Source of the DNA: an uncultured Gammaproteobacteria bacterium
GTDB taxonomy: Bacteria > Patescibacteriota > Microgenomatia > Levybacterales > GWA1-39-11
Reading direction: 5' to 3'
Length of the DNA: 64,000 nt
Assembly (NCBI GenBank): GCA_964406795.1
Contig: CAYOTA010000002.1
Span: forward strand, 17,549 to 81,548
This document shows positions 36,363 to 46,447 of the stretch, in pieces. The notes beneath the pieces were generated by a model. It worked only from the letters and a program-made list of their open reading frames with translations. It had not been told where the DNA came from and searched no databases. Made by a program: the position numbers and the translations under genes. Every line of letters begins with the position of its first letter. Position 1 is the stretch's first letter.

Positions 36363-38948
36363 TTATTGAACCAGTACGGGGGTGCCTACTGTAGCATTGT
36401 CTCTCACAGTAATATAACTGTATATTTCGTCAGCCGGGGCCATCCACAATTCATTTGTCCCCCCTACTCCATAGGTATTGCGTGCAAAAGTTGCTACGTT
36501 TAAGAGATTTGCTTCTCTACTACCATGTAAAAATGTGTTAAGCCAGAATTTATTTTGAGACGAGGAGTTTGCTGCCATCCAATTCATTCGTTGTTTTATA
36601 TTCTCAGGCGCCCAATCTATCTCACCATCGCGTCCTAACACTGTAGTTTCAGCATTTACAGCCGAAGCGGTTATTCCACTTGCTGTGAAAGTAGCAGCAT
36701 TTGGAGCTATGTTCATCATTCCTGAGCCTTGGGTTTCGTTAAACTTAACTTCACTTTCATTATTTGCCCTCATGGTGTTTATAAGTGGCGTATATCCTGC
36801 ATTAAAACAAGGAGCTGCAAAGGACAGTAATTTATACCCTGGTTTATTTGACGAATTCACTAAATCTTTTCCTACGTTATAGCCCAGATTTATAGTATTT
36901 ACACTTGGATTACTACAATCATGATCCCAGGCGTGATTGCCTATGGACCAGCCAGAATTAAGTTTTTGGACCAAATATGGTTTATCAATTATCCATGATT
37001 CGTTTCGAGTGGGAAACACTATGTCACCAATAAGGTAAAATGTTCCACGGAATCCTAGTGATTCCAGTACTGTGACTGATTCTTTAATGTAGACATTGTC
37101 ATCAAATCCTATAGACCATGCCCACTTTTTATTATCTTTTAGTGGCGCTTTTTGAACAGTGACTGATTCTGGGGACGTTGCATCTACTAAATGCAGTCTG
37201 GCGGAATTTGATGAAGTGGTAAACATAAGATTTCCAGTACTAGTGTCATACGTACTTGGGATTGCAGTTCCGTTAACACTTACTGTAGCTCCGCTCACAC
37301 TACCCACCTGTGCAATTAGCGTTAAGTTTGTATAGTAAATACCTCCTACTTGCGAGTATGAAATAGGAATATCTAGAGCCGTTGTTCCAGGAATGACTGT
37401 AGGAGTTGGAGTTATGCTAGGAGAAGGTGATGGTGTTGGGCTAGCAGATGGTATAGCACTAATAGATGGAGTTACGGCTGGTGTGCCGGTAGGCGTTGGG
37501 GTTACCTGGGACGTAGAATACGTAACTGTTAGTGTAGGTTTTTGGCCTGCGCCTGTAAAATCTGCCGACATGTAATTTGCACTGGAGTATGGATCAGAAT
37601 TATTGTCTTCCGTTAAGATCTGTATACTATTTCCAGAATTCCACGAAGGATTATTCACCAATTCTTGAATAATTGAGGAAATGTTTGGGGAGGTTATTTT
37701 AGTGCCCCAATTTCCCTGCGGCACGGCGTTCCATAGAACGTTTGCGCTGGTGAGACTGATTTGTTTGTTGGCAAATTCAGCCGCATTTGTAGGAGGTGTT
37801 GGGGATGAATTATTTTCTGCTGCAATTCTCACGTTTGCTGTGTTGGGAGAAAATCCTACGAGTTCATAGCTTAAGGTTGCTTGGGTTATAACGGCGTTTT
37901 GAGGAATTGTCATGTTTGTGTATAGAGTAAATGCGTTAACCGGCTGATTCATATCATTCCCTAATTTAATAGACTGAGCTGTGGGATTAAAAACAGTGTT
38001 TATAAGCGTACTGTCATGTTTTGGAGAGGCAACTGCTCTAGTAACTGTGGTTTGTGTACCTTGAATTACCGTGGGAGTTGGTGTTGGCGGCGTAGTAGTT
38101 ACTGTAGGAGAAGGCGTTACGGTTGGAGTAACTGGGGGAATAGGAGACGGGCTTGGTGCTAAGGTAGGAGTAGGTGTTGAAGTTGGCAGTGATGTTATTG
38201 TTGGAGTTGGACTTGGGGTGAGTGTTGGAGTTGGTATTGCTGTCGGTGTTGGAGAAGTTGTGGGAGATAAGGTAGGAGTTGGCGTCTGAGTAGGTAGCGA
38301 TGTTGGTGTTGGAGACGGTGTAGATGTGGGGGTTGCACTAGTTGTGTACGTTATGATTAATTTTGGTCTTTGGCTAGCGTTTTGAAAATTTGCTGAAAAG
38401 TAGTTACTATTCGCAAAAGTTTCGGAATTATTGTCACCTACAAATATTTGCATACTATTACCACTTTGCCAATCACTTCTATTTACTAATTCTTGTATGA
38501 CTGTAGATATATTAGGGGAGGTTATTATGTTTCCCCAACTACCATGTGGAACTGCATTCCATAGCACTTCTGATGTCGTAAGATTTCCTGCTTTAGTGTT
38601 GAATTGAGCAGCTGTGGTAGGAGCACTCGGTGTTGCAGTATTTTCTGCATTAATTTTTGTATTAATGATTCCTCCACCAGAGTTTGCAATTCCTAATTCC
38701 AGGATTGCGCTTGTTATGGTACCGTTTCTAGGAACTGAAATGTTTTTAAATAATTGAAACGTTTTTATGCTGACAGCCCCGCTTTTACCCAGTCCACTGG
38801 TATTTATGGTGCGGTTAAACGATGATCCGGTAAGAGTACTATCATCATTACCTATAGTAACAGTGCTGGAAACGGTTGCGGCTGCGGCATCAGAAGGAGA
38901 ATATAGGAGGAATGCGAGGAGAAAGAACGCAAAAAAAAATTTCTTCAT
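36363..38948 (-). CDS. Large secreted protein (861 aa): two tandem ~150-aa repeat domains separated by Pro/Thr-rich linkers, C-terminal NodB polysaccharide-deacetylase domain
   Basis: Repeats ...[50 protein letters not shown]... and ...[51 protein letters not shown].... PTPTxSPTPT linkers. C-terminal [11 protein letters not shown]...GNHAWDHD (NodB motifs). Confidence 0.7.
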   Translation of the reverse strand: MKKFFFAFFLLAFLLYSPSDAAAATVSSTVTIGNDDSTLTGSSFNRTINTSGLGKSGAVSIKTFQLFKNISVPRNGTITSAILELGIANSGGGIINTKINAENTATPSAPTTAAQFNTKAGNLTTSEVLWNAVPHGSWGNIITSPNISTVIQELVNRSDWQSGNSMQIFVGDNNSETFANSNYFSANFQNASQRPKLIITYTTSATPTSTPSPTPTSLPTQTPTPTLSPTTSPTPTAIPTPTLTPSPTPTITSLPTSTPTPTLAPSPSPIPPVTPTVTPSPTVTTTPPTPTPTVIQGTQTTVTRAVASPKHDSTLINTVFNPTAQSIKLGNDMNQPVNAFTLYTNMTIPQNAVITQATLSYELVGFSPNTANVRIAAENNSSPTPPTNAAEFANKQISLTSANVLWNAVPQGNWGTKITSPNISSIIQELVNNPSWNSGNSIQILTEDNNSDPYSSANYMSADFTGAGQKPTLTVTYSTSQVTPTPTGTPAVTPSISAIPSASPTPSPSPSITPTPTVIPGTTALDIPISYSQVGGIYYTNLTLIAQVGSVSGATVSVNGTAIPSTYDTSTGNLMFTTSSNSARLHLVDATSPESVTVQKAPLKDNKKWAWSIGFDDNVYIKESVTVLESLGFRGTFYLIGDIVFPTRNESWIIDKPYLVQKLNSGWSIGNHAWDHDCSNPSVNTINLGYNVGKDLVNSSNKPGYKLLSFAAPCFNAGYTPLINTMRANNESEVKFNETQGSGMMNIAPNAATFTASGITASAVNAETTVLGRDGEIDWAPENIKQRMNWMAANSSSQNKFWLNTFLHGSREANLLNVATFARNTYGVGGTNELWMAPADEIYSYITVRDNATVGTPVLVQ

Positions 38949-39025
38949 TTGAAAAGATGCTATTTAGTGATTATATCCATATTTTCACATAACATTGTAA
39001 GAATAATTATAAAAGATTACGAAAA

Positions 39026-39358
39026 TTACTGAGAGGATTTTGTAGGAGTCTTTTTCTTTGTAGCTTTTTTGACTGCTTTTACGACAGTCTTTTTGACTGG
39101 TGCTGATTGCTTTTTGGAAGTGCTAGGTTTAGCAGGAGTTGATTTAGTAGCTTTTTGGCCTAACTTTTCTACTTTGTTTTTAAGATTTATACTGAGTTCC
39201 GCTGCTTTATCAGCTGTTTTTTCTACTGCTTGTTTTACTTTTTTCTGATTTTTAGGGTCGGACAGGTATACTGCTGCAGCACCTAAGGCGGCCGCTGTTA
39301 TAGCGCTTCCAGCAACTGCTGCCTCAGAAAGTAAGCTCTTTTTGTTTTTCTTTGCCAT
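39026..39358 (-). CDS. Lys/Ala-rich small protein with one hydrophobic helix (histone-H1-like tail)
   Basis: AVAGSAITAAALGAAAVYL followed by a KK-rich tail. Confidence 0.45.
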   Translation of the reverse strand: MAKKNKKSLLSEAAVAGSAITAAALGAAAVYLSDPKNQKKVKQAVEKTADKAAELSINLKNKVEKLGQKATKSTPAKPSTSKKQSAPVKKTVVKAVKKATKKKTPTKSSQ

Positions 39359-39397
39359 GTAAATGTATTATAGCACAGTTTGTCTAGATGCGTAAAA

Positions 39398-39877
39398 TCA
39401 AATTATTGGAGCTCTCACAATAGAAATATTTTCAGCATATGTATCATTTGGAAATTTTAAAAGTGTTAAAGGGCCGTCATGTTGGGGTTCCAACTTAAAT
39501 TCATTTTCCATTTCCCATGCTATCGTTTTAGTTACTCTTTCAAGATGTTCTCTGACAACAGGTTTAATTTCAGATTGTGTATCTTCTTCTAGGATAAAAT
39601 GAGGACTCCGAGGTGAATACCTGACCCCTTCTTTAGTAATTGTTGGAATCTGAGGGGAAAAACCTGAGAATGAAATATCTAGTCCAGGCGTTTTCCATCG
39701 CAACAGATCTCGTTCCTCAGCATTTATAGATTCTATAACGCGCTCAAGAAAGCGTGGCCATTGTCGTGTCCAGTCAGTATTAGTATATTTTGCAAAATCA
39801 GAAACAAGTCTAACCGAAGCGCCAATCATTTTTGGCTTATCGTAGGTAACCAATTCAAACTCAATCTGTTTTGACAT
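39398..39877 (-). CDS. Hypothetical protein (159 aa)
   Basis: ORF only. Confidence 0.45.
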   Translation of the reverse strand: MSKQIEFELVTYDKPKMIGASVRLVSDFAKYTNTDWTRQWPRFLERVIESINAEERDLLRWKTPGLDISFSGFSPQIPTITKEGVRYSPRSPHFILEEDTQSEIKPVVREHLERVTKTIAWEMENEFKLEPQHDGPLTLLKFPNDTYAENISIVRAPII

Positions 39878-39918
39878 ATGCCTATTATAGAAATAATATG
39901 GAGGATTTCAAGATGCAC

Positions 39919-41031
39919 TTATACTATTTTCTCCCAGGGGAATTGGGATCTTCCAAAATGTCCGTATGCGGCTGTTTTTTTATAAATAGGGCGTCTTAAA
40001 TCTAAACCTTCTATAATTCCTTCAACTGAACAGTCCAAAAGTTCCTTCATATATTTTTCAATTTCCTTTTTATCTACTTTTTCAGTACCAAACGTTTCTA
40101 CCTCCTGCATTACAGGTTTTTTAGCACCTATAAAATAAGCCAAAGACACCTCTGCCCTATCAGCAAGTCCCGCCGCCACTATATTTTTTGCTAAATACCT
40201 TGCGGCATACGCACCACTTCTGTCTACCTTTGACGGATCTTTTCCGGAAAAAGCGCCTCCCCCTACTCTAGCATACCCGCCGTATGTGTCTACTACAATT
40301 TTTCGTCCAGTAACGCCTGTATCAGCTGCAGGGCCTGAAAAATGCCACACACCGGTACCATTTAATATGAAGTTTTCTATCTTAGGTTTTAGACTGTAGG
40401 TTTTAAACACAGGTGTTATCACATGCTTAAATAAATCCTTTTTTACACGTTCTATGTCTACACTTTTTTGATGAGGGGCTGCTATTACTATGTGGGTGAC
40501 TTCTTTAGGTTTTCCGTTTACATATGAAACAGTCACCTGGGATTTTCCATCTGGCTTTAAGTAACTTACTATTTTTCTCTCACGAACTTCATCTAATCTT
40601 TTGGTCAAACTATGGGAAAGTGCGATAGGAAGGGGCATAAATTCGGGGGTTTCATTACATGCAAATCCAAACATCATGCCCTGGTCCCCTGCTCCTTTTT
40701 TCTTGACACCCACTGCTATTTCAGGAGATTGTTGATGAACTAACACGGTAATGGGTGATTCATAGGTAAAATTTAATTCGGAATCAGTGTATCCCAGACG
40801 CTTTATTTCAGCCCTCGCTATTTTTTCAAAATTTACTTTTGCGCTACTATTAACTTCACCTGCTAGAGTTACATGATTAACTGTAACCAGTGTTTCAACT
40901 GCAACTTTACCATGAGGATCTTTTCTAAGCACAGCGTCCACAATTGCGTCACTTATTTGGTCACAAATTTTGTCAGGGTGACCGGCACAAACTGATTCCG
41001 AGGTAAAACTGTAGTTTTTGGTGTTAGTCAT
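39919..41031 (-). CDS. metK: S-adenosylmethionine synthetase
   Basis: FTSESVCAGHPDKICDQISDA (MetK N-terminal signature), GAGDQGMMFGFA, hexapeptide region. Confidence 0.9.
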   Translation of the reverse strand: MTNTKNYSFTSESVCAGHPDKICDQISDAIVDAVLRKDPHGKVAVETLVTVNHVTLAGEVNSSAKVNFEKIARAEIKRLGYTDSELNFTYESPITVLVHQQSPEIAVGVKKKGAGDQGMMFGFACNETPEFMPLPIALSHSLTKRLDEVRERKIVSYLKPDGKSQVTVSYVNGKPKEVTHIVIAAPHQKSVDIERVKKDLFKHVITPVFKTYSLKPKIENFILNGTGVWHFSGPAADTGVTGRKIVVDTYGGYARVGGGAFSGKDPSKVDRSGAYAARYLAKNIVAAGLADRAEVSLAYFIGAKKPVMQEVETFGTEKVDKKEIEKYMKELLDCSVEGIIEGLDLRRPIYKKTAAYGHFGRSQFPWEKIV

Positions 41032-41201
41032 ATTTTCCCTTCGTCGGCTTTGCCTTTTTATTGCAAGCCATTCTCAGGACGCATGATAGTGAGGCACCGT
41101 TATATTTGTATCGGTTGCCGCCCCAGTTACTCGGGGACTCTGCATGCTGTATTTATTAAATCAGAGAACTATTCTAAAAACAAGCGAGATTTGTATGAAT
41201 T

Positions 41202-41813
41202 TTATGCTTTAGGTAAAAAAGCAGATGACTTATTACAATGTAAAATCATAAAAAACGGAAGAATAATCACACTAATTAAGGTTCCCAATACTGCTGTGAG
41301 TAAAATCAACTCAAGGGAAGTTACTGTATTCCACACATCTATAACTACTCGCATAGGGTTTGTCACAATAAGCCAAGAATGAGTTCTTTGAACTTTTCCA
41401 AGAACAACCCCAAAAGCCATGATGAAAGAAATGAATGCGTATATTACTGATTTTTGTGAAAGGCTCATTGCTTTTGTCCGCATGTACCATTCCACAGGAA
41501 TTAAAGACAAAAAATACGTTAAAACCCCAAGTGATATGAGCAGTGCGTATTGAAGTAAAAGTACTAGAACATCAGGAAAATTTACGTACAAAAGCTGTGC
41601 CATAAAATGTTCAGTATCAGTGAGTAGGTAGATGGTATTGGGAAGAAAAATAAACCATAAAAAGAGAATCGGCAAATTTTTAAAACGCATTGGGTTTTTT
41701 AAAAGTGGATAAGATAGCACTACAGGAATTAAGGCTAAAAGCAGATTAAATGACATCCAGGGGATATTTTGTAAAACTACATTCATAAGTAATTTTAACA
41801 TAATTTGAGGCAA
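41202..41813 (-). CDS. Polytopic membrane protein (203 aa), uncharacterised
   Basis: At least 6 hydrophobic segments. The overlapping plus-strand ORF 41050-41382 is judged spurious. Confidence 0.5.
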   Translation of the reverse strand: MPQIMLKLLMNVVLQNIPWMSFNLLLALIPVVLSYPLLKNPMRFKNLPILFLWFIFLPNTIYLLTDTEHFMAQLLYVNFPDVLVLLLQYALLISLGVLTYFLSLIPVEWYMRTKAMSLSQKSVIYAFISFIMAFGVVLGKVQRTHSWLIVTNPMRVVIDVWNTVTSLELILLTAVLGTLISVIILPFFMILHCNKSSAFLPKA

Positions 41814-41944
41814 AATACAATCCTATAGGTCGTTTATGTGAACCTTAACATGTAAAATTACGTTATGCTTCAGACAGCAAACCAGGCTGGAGCCGCAAAA
41901 TTCATGGAAACATGTTTGAATATTTAGATACGAACGATAAAAAA

Positions 41945-42400
41945 AGTAATGGATAGTGAAATTGACAGGATCCATCAACTAGCAATATTCCCCCGCATAC
42001 AAATAGGTGTGGTTATGTACCATCCTAATTGGAATAAGACATCCCAAGAAAAGGAGTATCTGGTCAAGAGCTGTTTGAATATAAAGAGGAAGCCTGAGAA
42101 ATTTAACCTGTCACGTCAGATGATGTGAATGAATTTATCCTAAGTATAACCGGCAAAGACATAACAGCCAAAGATTTTAGAACATGGGGAGGAACAGTTT
42201 TTGCAGCAACGCTATTTGATAAAGCCGGTGTGTATGATGATGAGACTGTAACCAAACAAAGTGTAATAGATACGGTTAAAAAAGTGGCAGCACATCTCAG
42301 AAATAAACCCAATACGTGCAAAAAATGTAGAAGGTCTGGACAAAAACGAAAATTATGTGCTTGCCATGCTAATCCACGCTCAAAAATCCCTCTAATTTAA
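41945..42400 (+). pseudogene. Decayed DNA topoisomerase IB gene remnant
   Basis: Fragment 1 MDSEIDRIHQLAIFP... resembles the TopIB N-terminus (RIR.LAIPPAW). Fragment 2 ...TAKDFRTWGGTVFAA...VAAHLRNKPNTCKKC... resembles the TopIB KDFRTW and AHLGNTPAVCRKSY regions, with a frame break before the catalytic Tyr. Total span about 450 bp versus about 1 kb for intact genes. Confidence 0.55.
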
Positions 42401-42859
42401 AAGGAAAATAGATACGTTTAATAGTGTGGCAAATGACACCCACAGTAAGTATGGAACTAAAAGATTTGCTGCTGTTTTGTTAATTCTTTTAAAAAGTAAT
42501 ATGGTATACAAGATGCTTGCCCATAGTGCTAAAATTGTTATGACCGCCAACCCTAACTGATGTGCTCCAAAAAACACAAACGACCACAAAAAATTAAGTC
42601 CCAACTGAACTACAAATACTTTTCTAGCATATATGGCCTCCTTTGTTTGCTTTCCTTTCCAAATTAGGAATAATGAAATCGCCATGAAAGCGTAAAGGAT
42701 TGTCCATACCGGTCCAAAAATAAAATTAGGCGGATTAAATGGAGGCTTAGTGAGTTCTGCATACCAAGTGGGGATAGAATCAAAAGTGGCAGTGCTACCC
42801 GCTCCCGCTACCACAAACACTACTACAAAAGACATAGTTAACTTCCACATGTTATTCAT
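42392..42859 (-). CDS. tspO: TspO/MBR family tryptophan-rich sensory protein
   Basis: Five TM helices. WYAELTKPPFNPPNFIFGPVWTILY, LNFLWSFVFFG, LLVPYLLWVSFATLLN, typical of TspO. Confidence 0.75.
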   Translation of the reverse strand: MNNMWKLTMSFVVVFVVAGAGSTATFDSIPTWYAELTKPPFNPPNFIFGPVWTILYAFMAISLFLIWKGKQTKEAIYARKVFVVQLGLNFLWSFVFFGAHQLGLAVITILALWASILYTILLFKRINKTAANLLVPYLLWVSFATLLNVSIFLLN

Positions 42860-42874
42860 TTCATTTATTCTAAA

Positions 42875-43279
42875 CTAATTACTTACTATTTGAAATTTGC
42901 CGGACGTTAACCCAGCTATAGAAATGGTATATATGCCGTCAGGAATTTGAGACGGAACTGTGTATTGCACGCGTGAAGTGCTTGATATGTCATATACTCG
43001 GTCCATAATACTTACTGATTCACCTGCTTTCTCCATTTCAGTATTTTGTAAAAATAACGCTTCACCTATTTTACCTCCCGTCCACTGAACATTATAGGTG
43101 TGGCCTTTATAAAGAGTCCCACCAGAAGTAGGAAATGTAATTTGCGAATTCTCACGCTCAGATTGAATTTGTGCAATGGTTCCAGTTGTTTTTTGAGCCG
43201 TATAAATTCTATATAAGTAACCTGCTGCAATTACTGTTACAACAAACAAAGGAAGTAGGATAAGATGATTCTTTTTCAT
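42875..43279 (-). CDS. Secreted small protein (134 aa), uncharacterised
   Basis: Signal-anchor followed by a beta-rich sequence. Confidence 0.45.
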   Translation of the reverse strand: MKKNHLILLPLFVVTVIAAGYLYRIYTAQKTTGTIAQIQSERENSQITFPTSGGTLYKGHTYNVQWTGGKIGEALFLQNTEMEKAGESVSIMDRVYDISSTSRVQYTVPSQIPDGIYTISIAGLTSGKFQIVSN

Positions 43280-43321
43280 ACAGTATTAGTATATGCCGGA
43301 CTTCTTAAAGGTGTCAAGAAT

Positions 43322-44032
43322 TTAGCGGATGTCAGGAAGATTAACGTTTTTTCGTCTTAAAAGAAATGATTCTGTAAAAGTTAAAGGATGCTGTACAAGC
43401 CCCAGTGCCAGGTTTTTTTTGTAGCGTCTACCTGAAAATACAACAGGTAATTCTCCTACATACTGAATTTTGCCAAGCTTTCTTACCCTGAATGACAAAT
43501 CTATATCTTCCTGAGAAATAAGTTCATATTTAAATCCGCCTGATTTGTCATATGCGTCTTTATAAATTGCAAAGCTAAAGCCTGACAGCCAATAATGGCC
43601 AAATAAAACTCTATAGCCTCGCATAAAAACCGGTTGGAGCGCATTATAAATTGTGTTAGTAGTTTTAGAACAATCGGTGATTCTATTGTTTCCCGTAACA
43701 GCAATTGCCTTACTGTTGGTAAGCGTTGTAAAAAATGTGTCAATCCAATTTGAAGGAACTTGTGTATCGGCGTCTGTTGAGAATATTACGTCACCTGCTG
43801 CTGCCTTAAAGCCTGTGCGGCGGGCCGCTCCTCTTCCCTTCTTATTTTCGTGAAGAATACGCAGATTGAGATGTATTTTAAATTTCTGGGAAATCTCAAC
43901 CGTTTTGTCAGTTGACGCATTATCCACTAAAATAACCTCAAAAGACCGTTTGGTTTTCTGATTTACCAAAGATTCAAGACACTTTTGTATGGTCTTTTCT
44001 TCATTATAGGCTGGAATAACTACTGATATCAT
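43322..44032 (-). CDS. Family 2 glycosyltransferase
   Basis: MISVVIPAYNEEKTIQKCLESL..., VILVDNASTDKT, DADT (DxD). Start placed at MISVV rather than the upstream in-frame M. Confidence 0.75.
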   Translation of the reverse strand: MISVVIPAYNEEKTIQKCLESLVNQKTKRSFEVILVDNASTDKTVEISQKFKIHLNLRILHENKKGRGAARRTGFKAAAGDVIFSTDADTQVPSNWIDTFFTTLTNSKAIAVTGNNRITDCSKTTNTIYNALQPVFMRGYRVLFGHYWLSGFSFAIYKDAYDKSGGFKYELISQEDIDLSFRVRKLGKIQYVGELPVVFSGRRYKKNLALGLVQHPLTFTESFLLRRKNVNLPDIR

Positions 44033-44128
44033 AAATAAATTACCTTTCAAGTATACCAAAAATACATTTACAATATATTTACACAATCCACTTGAAACTA
44101 TTATAGTTGTGCTCTACACTAAAAGCAT

Positions 44129-44404
44129 ATGAAGCGAGGAGACGGAAATACAACACAGCCAGATGTAATTTCACTAGATCAGCTGGAGCAGGAAGAGAAA
44201 CCCAAAAAGTCTTTTGCCTCTCCACAGATGGAGGACGAACAGTCTGTAAGCGGATCTATGCCTGATCCTGAGTCAGATGATGATGTGTTAGCAAACGCAA
44301 ATACCATGGGTCTTCAAAGAGGTGAAACGTTTAATTCGCTACCTCAAGAATTAAACATCGCTCATGATTTGGATTCTAACGAAAAAAACGCCCACACCCA
44401 CTAA
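44129..44404 (+). CDS. Acidic hypothetical protein (91 aa)
   Basis: ORF only. Confidence 0.35.
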   Translation: MKRGDGNTTQPDVISLDQLEQEEKPKKSFASPQMEDEQSVSGSMPDPESDDDVLANANTMGLQRGETFNSLPQELNIAHDLDSNEKNAHTH

Positions 44405-44450
44405 ATCTCGTCAATTGACATAGCCCTTTACTCCCATCTACACTAGTTAT

Positions 44451-45551
44451 ATGGATAAGAAGGACAATGACTCGTTAGAATCCTCATTTAAAAGTATTCA
44501 CACTGCTATTTCTAAACCGTCTCGCAAAATTGCCGGTGCTATAGGTAAATACTTAGATGCACTCAACCCGCTTACAAAATCGGAAAAGCCAAAAGAAGAA
44601 AAAGAGATTAAAGACATAGTAAGAACCCAAAAGCACAATAATATTACCTGGACTGATATAGAAAACCCAACACGCAAAACATTAACGGAAATTGGGGAAA
44701 AATATTCTTTTAACACATTTCATTTGCGAGGAAGTCTGAATCGTGGTCAGGTGTCGCGTATAGATTTTGAAGAAAAGTATGTATTTATAGTGTTAAATAT
44801 TCCAAGACTAGTGTCTCATGATTCTGCAGTTACGTCTAGCCAAGTTTGTGTGTTCTTAGGAAAAGATTATCTTATTACCATTCACTCCGGCAAACCGGAG
44901 TCTTTGAGGTCTATTTTTTCAACCTGTATGGAATCCAAAGAAGATAGGGAAACTCTTTTCAAAAGATCACCCGGATACTTACTCCATGGGATTCTAGAGG
45001 TATTTGTCAAAGAAATTGGTGGAATACTGCAATCAACCAGTCAAGAATTGGATCAGATCGAAGACATTGTATTTGATGTTAAAAAATCTGCCACTTATAG
45101 AATCAGTGCCTTGCGTCAAAAAATTATAAGACTGAGAAGAATTATAGGCCCCATGCGTGTTATTTCTCAAGATTTGTATGAAGCAAAGCCTCATTCAATA
45201 GGCGAAGGAATGGGAAGATATTACAAAAATCTCTACAATGTGTTAAGCAAGTTATGGGATACGTTAGAAGAAGTACGGGAAACTGCGGAAATTTACAAAG
45301 ATACTGATTTTACAGTGTCCTCAGAACGCACCAACAAAATATTGGCGGTTCTGACAGTTATATTTACGTTAACAATTCCGCTTACTATCATAGGTACGTT
45401 TTATGGAATGAATGTTTTGCTGCCTGGCGGAATTGAGACAGGTCCATGGGTATTTTTAGGTGAATATACCACATTCTTTATCATTATTTCAGTCTCAGCC
45501 CTCAGCGTGTTAGCAATGCTTTGGTATTTCAAATACAAAGACTGGTTCTAA
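44451..45551 (+). CDS. corA: Magnesium/cobalt transporter CorA
   Basis: C-terminal two TM helices with GTFYGMNV (YGMN pore motif). Confidence 0.85.
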   Translation: MDKKDNDSLESSFKSIHTAISKPSRKIAGAIGKYLDALNPLTKSEKPKEEKEIKDIVRTQKHNNITWTDIENPTRKTLTEIGEKYSFNTFHLRGSLNRGQVSRIDFEEKYVFIVLNIPRLVSHDSAVTSSQVCVFLGKDYLITIHSGKPESLRSIFSTCMESKEDRETLFKRSPGYLLHGILEVFVKEIGGILQSTSQELDQIEDIVFDVKKSATYRISALRQKIIRLRRIIGPMRVISQDLYEAKPHSIGEGMGRYYKNLYNVLSKLWDTLEEVRETAEIYKDTDFTVSSERTNKILAVLTVIFTLTIPLTIIGTFYGMNVLLPGGIETGPWVFLGEYTTFFIIISVSALSVLAMLWYFKYKDWF

Positions 45552-45552
45552 A

Positions 45553-46439
45553 TTAGGGAATAGAAACGGTAAGTGCTTTCGGGAAAACCTCTATTTTTAG
45601 TTTATTGGTCACGGGAAACACGTTCCCATCACATTGGTATGGTATAGGTTTTCCGGGAATATTAATTTCCGCCTTTTTGCATGTTAAAAGTGTATAGTGC
45701 TGGCTTTTGTGAATAGTGCCTTTTATAGAATTAAACAAGAGGTTTAAAAAATTTAACTTGCTCTCTGCTTGAATTATACCTATTTTAAGTGAACCGCTTT
45801 TAGGATGTGCATGTGGAGCTATTTTTATACCACCTTGGATTTTATCCATATTTGCAATTAGGATACTTTTGGCAGTATATGTTTCAGGTGGTTTTTCATC
45901 CAGCGTAATTTCATATTTATTTGGCTTTTTAGGTAAGTTTTTTATAGTGCTTAAAACATAAGCTAACATTCCAAGTTTTTTTTCATGTCAGGATCTGCGT
46001 CTCTCATGATTCTGGCGTCCATCCCCACTCCGGCCATAATAGTGAAATAAATTCCGTTGACTTTTCCAACATCTATGGTTGTAGTTTTTTTACCAAATGC
46101 AGTTTTCAAACTTTCTGAAATATCTAAAGGAATACCCAAATTTCTTGCAAATAAATTTCCCGTTCCTAACGGCACAACACCTAAGCTCACCTTAGTTTTG
46201 ATGCATACTCCCAAAGCGTCCAGTATGGTTCCATCCCCACCGCATACTATAACAAGTTTTACTCCTTTTTTTATTTCTCTGATTGCGAGTTTATCAGCAC
46301 CTATGGTTTTTGTAGTCATAACTATCTTGCCTTTGTAGCCTAGCGTTCTTGCTATGTGAGAAATTGAATCAAGCTTATCTGTACCTGCTATTGTTCCACT
46401 TGCCGGGTTAACTATTATTACAGATTTTGAAGTTGTCAT
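45553..46439 (-). pseudogene. Diacylglycerol/lipid kinase (YegS/DagK catalytic family) split by a frameshift at ~45963-45969
   Basis: N-terminal half VIIVNPASG...LVIVCGGDGTILDA...VPLGTGNLFARNLGIP. The break KKNLEC*/MLAYVLSTIKNL would read through as KKxLGxLAYV... in intact homologues. Break sits immediately after an A8 homopolymer. Confidence 0.6.
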
Positions 46440-46447
46440 GGGAAAAA

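Noticed and set aside
38071-38289. Gly/Val-repeat ORFs on the plus strand (also 37393-37575)
   Set aside because: These are antisense translations of the Pro/Thr-rich linker DNA of the 36363-38948 gene, not real genes.
41050-41382. 110-aa plus-strand ORF
   Set aside because: Overlaps the minus-strand multi-TM membrane protein (41202-41813), which has coherent hydrophobic periodicity. The plus ORF is Cys/Arg-rich with no features.
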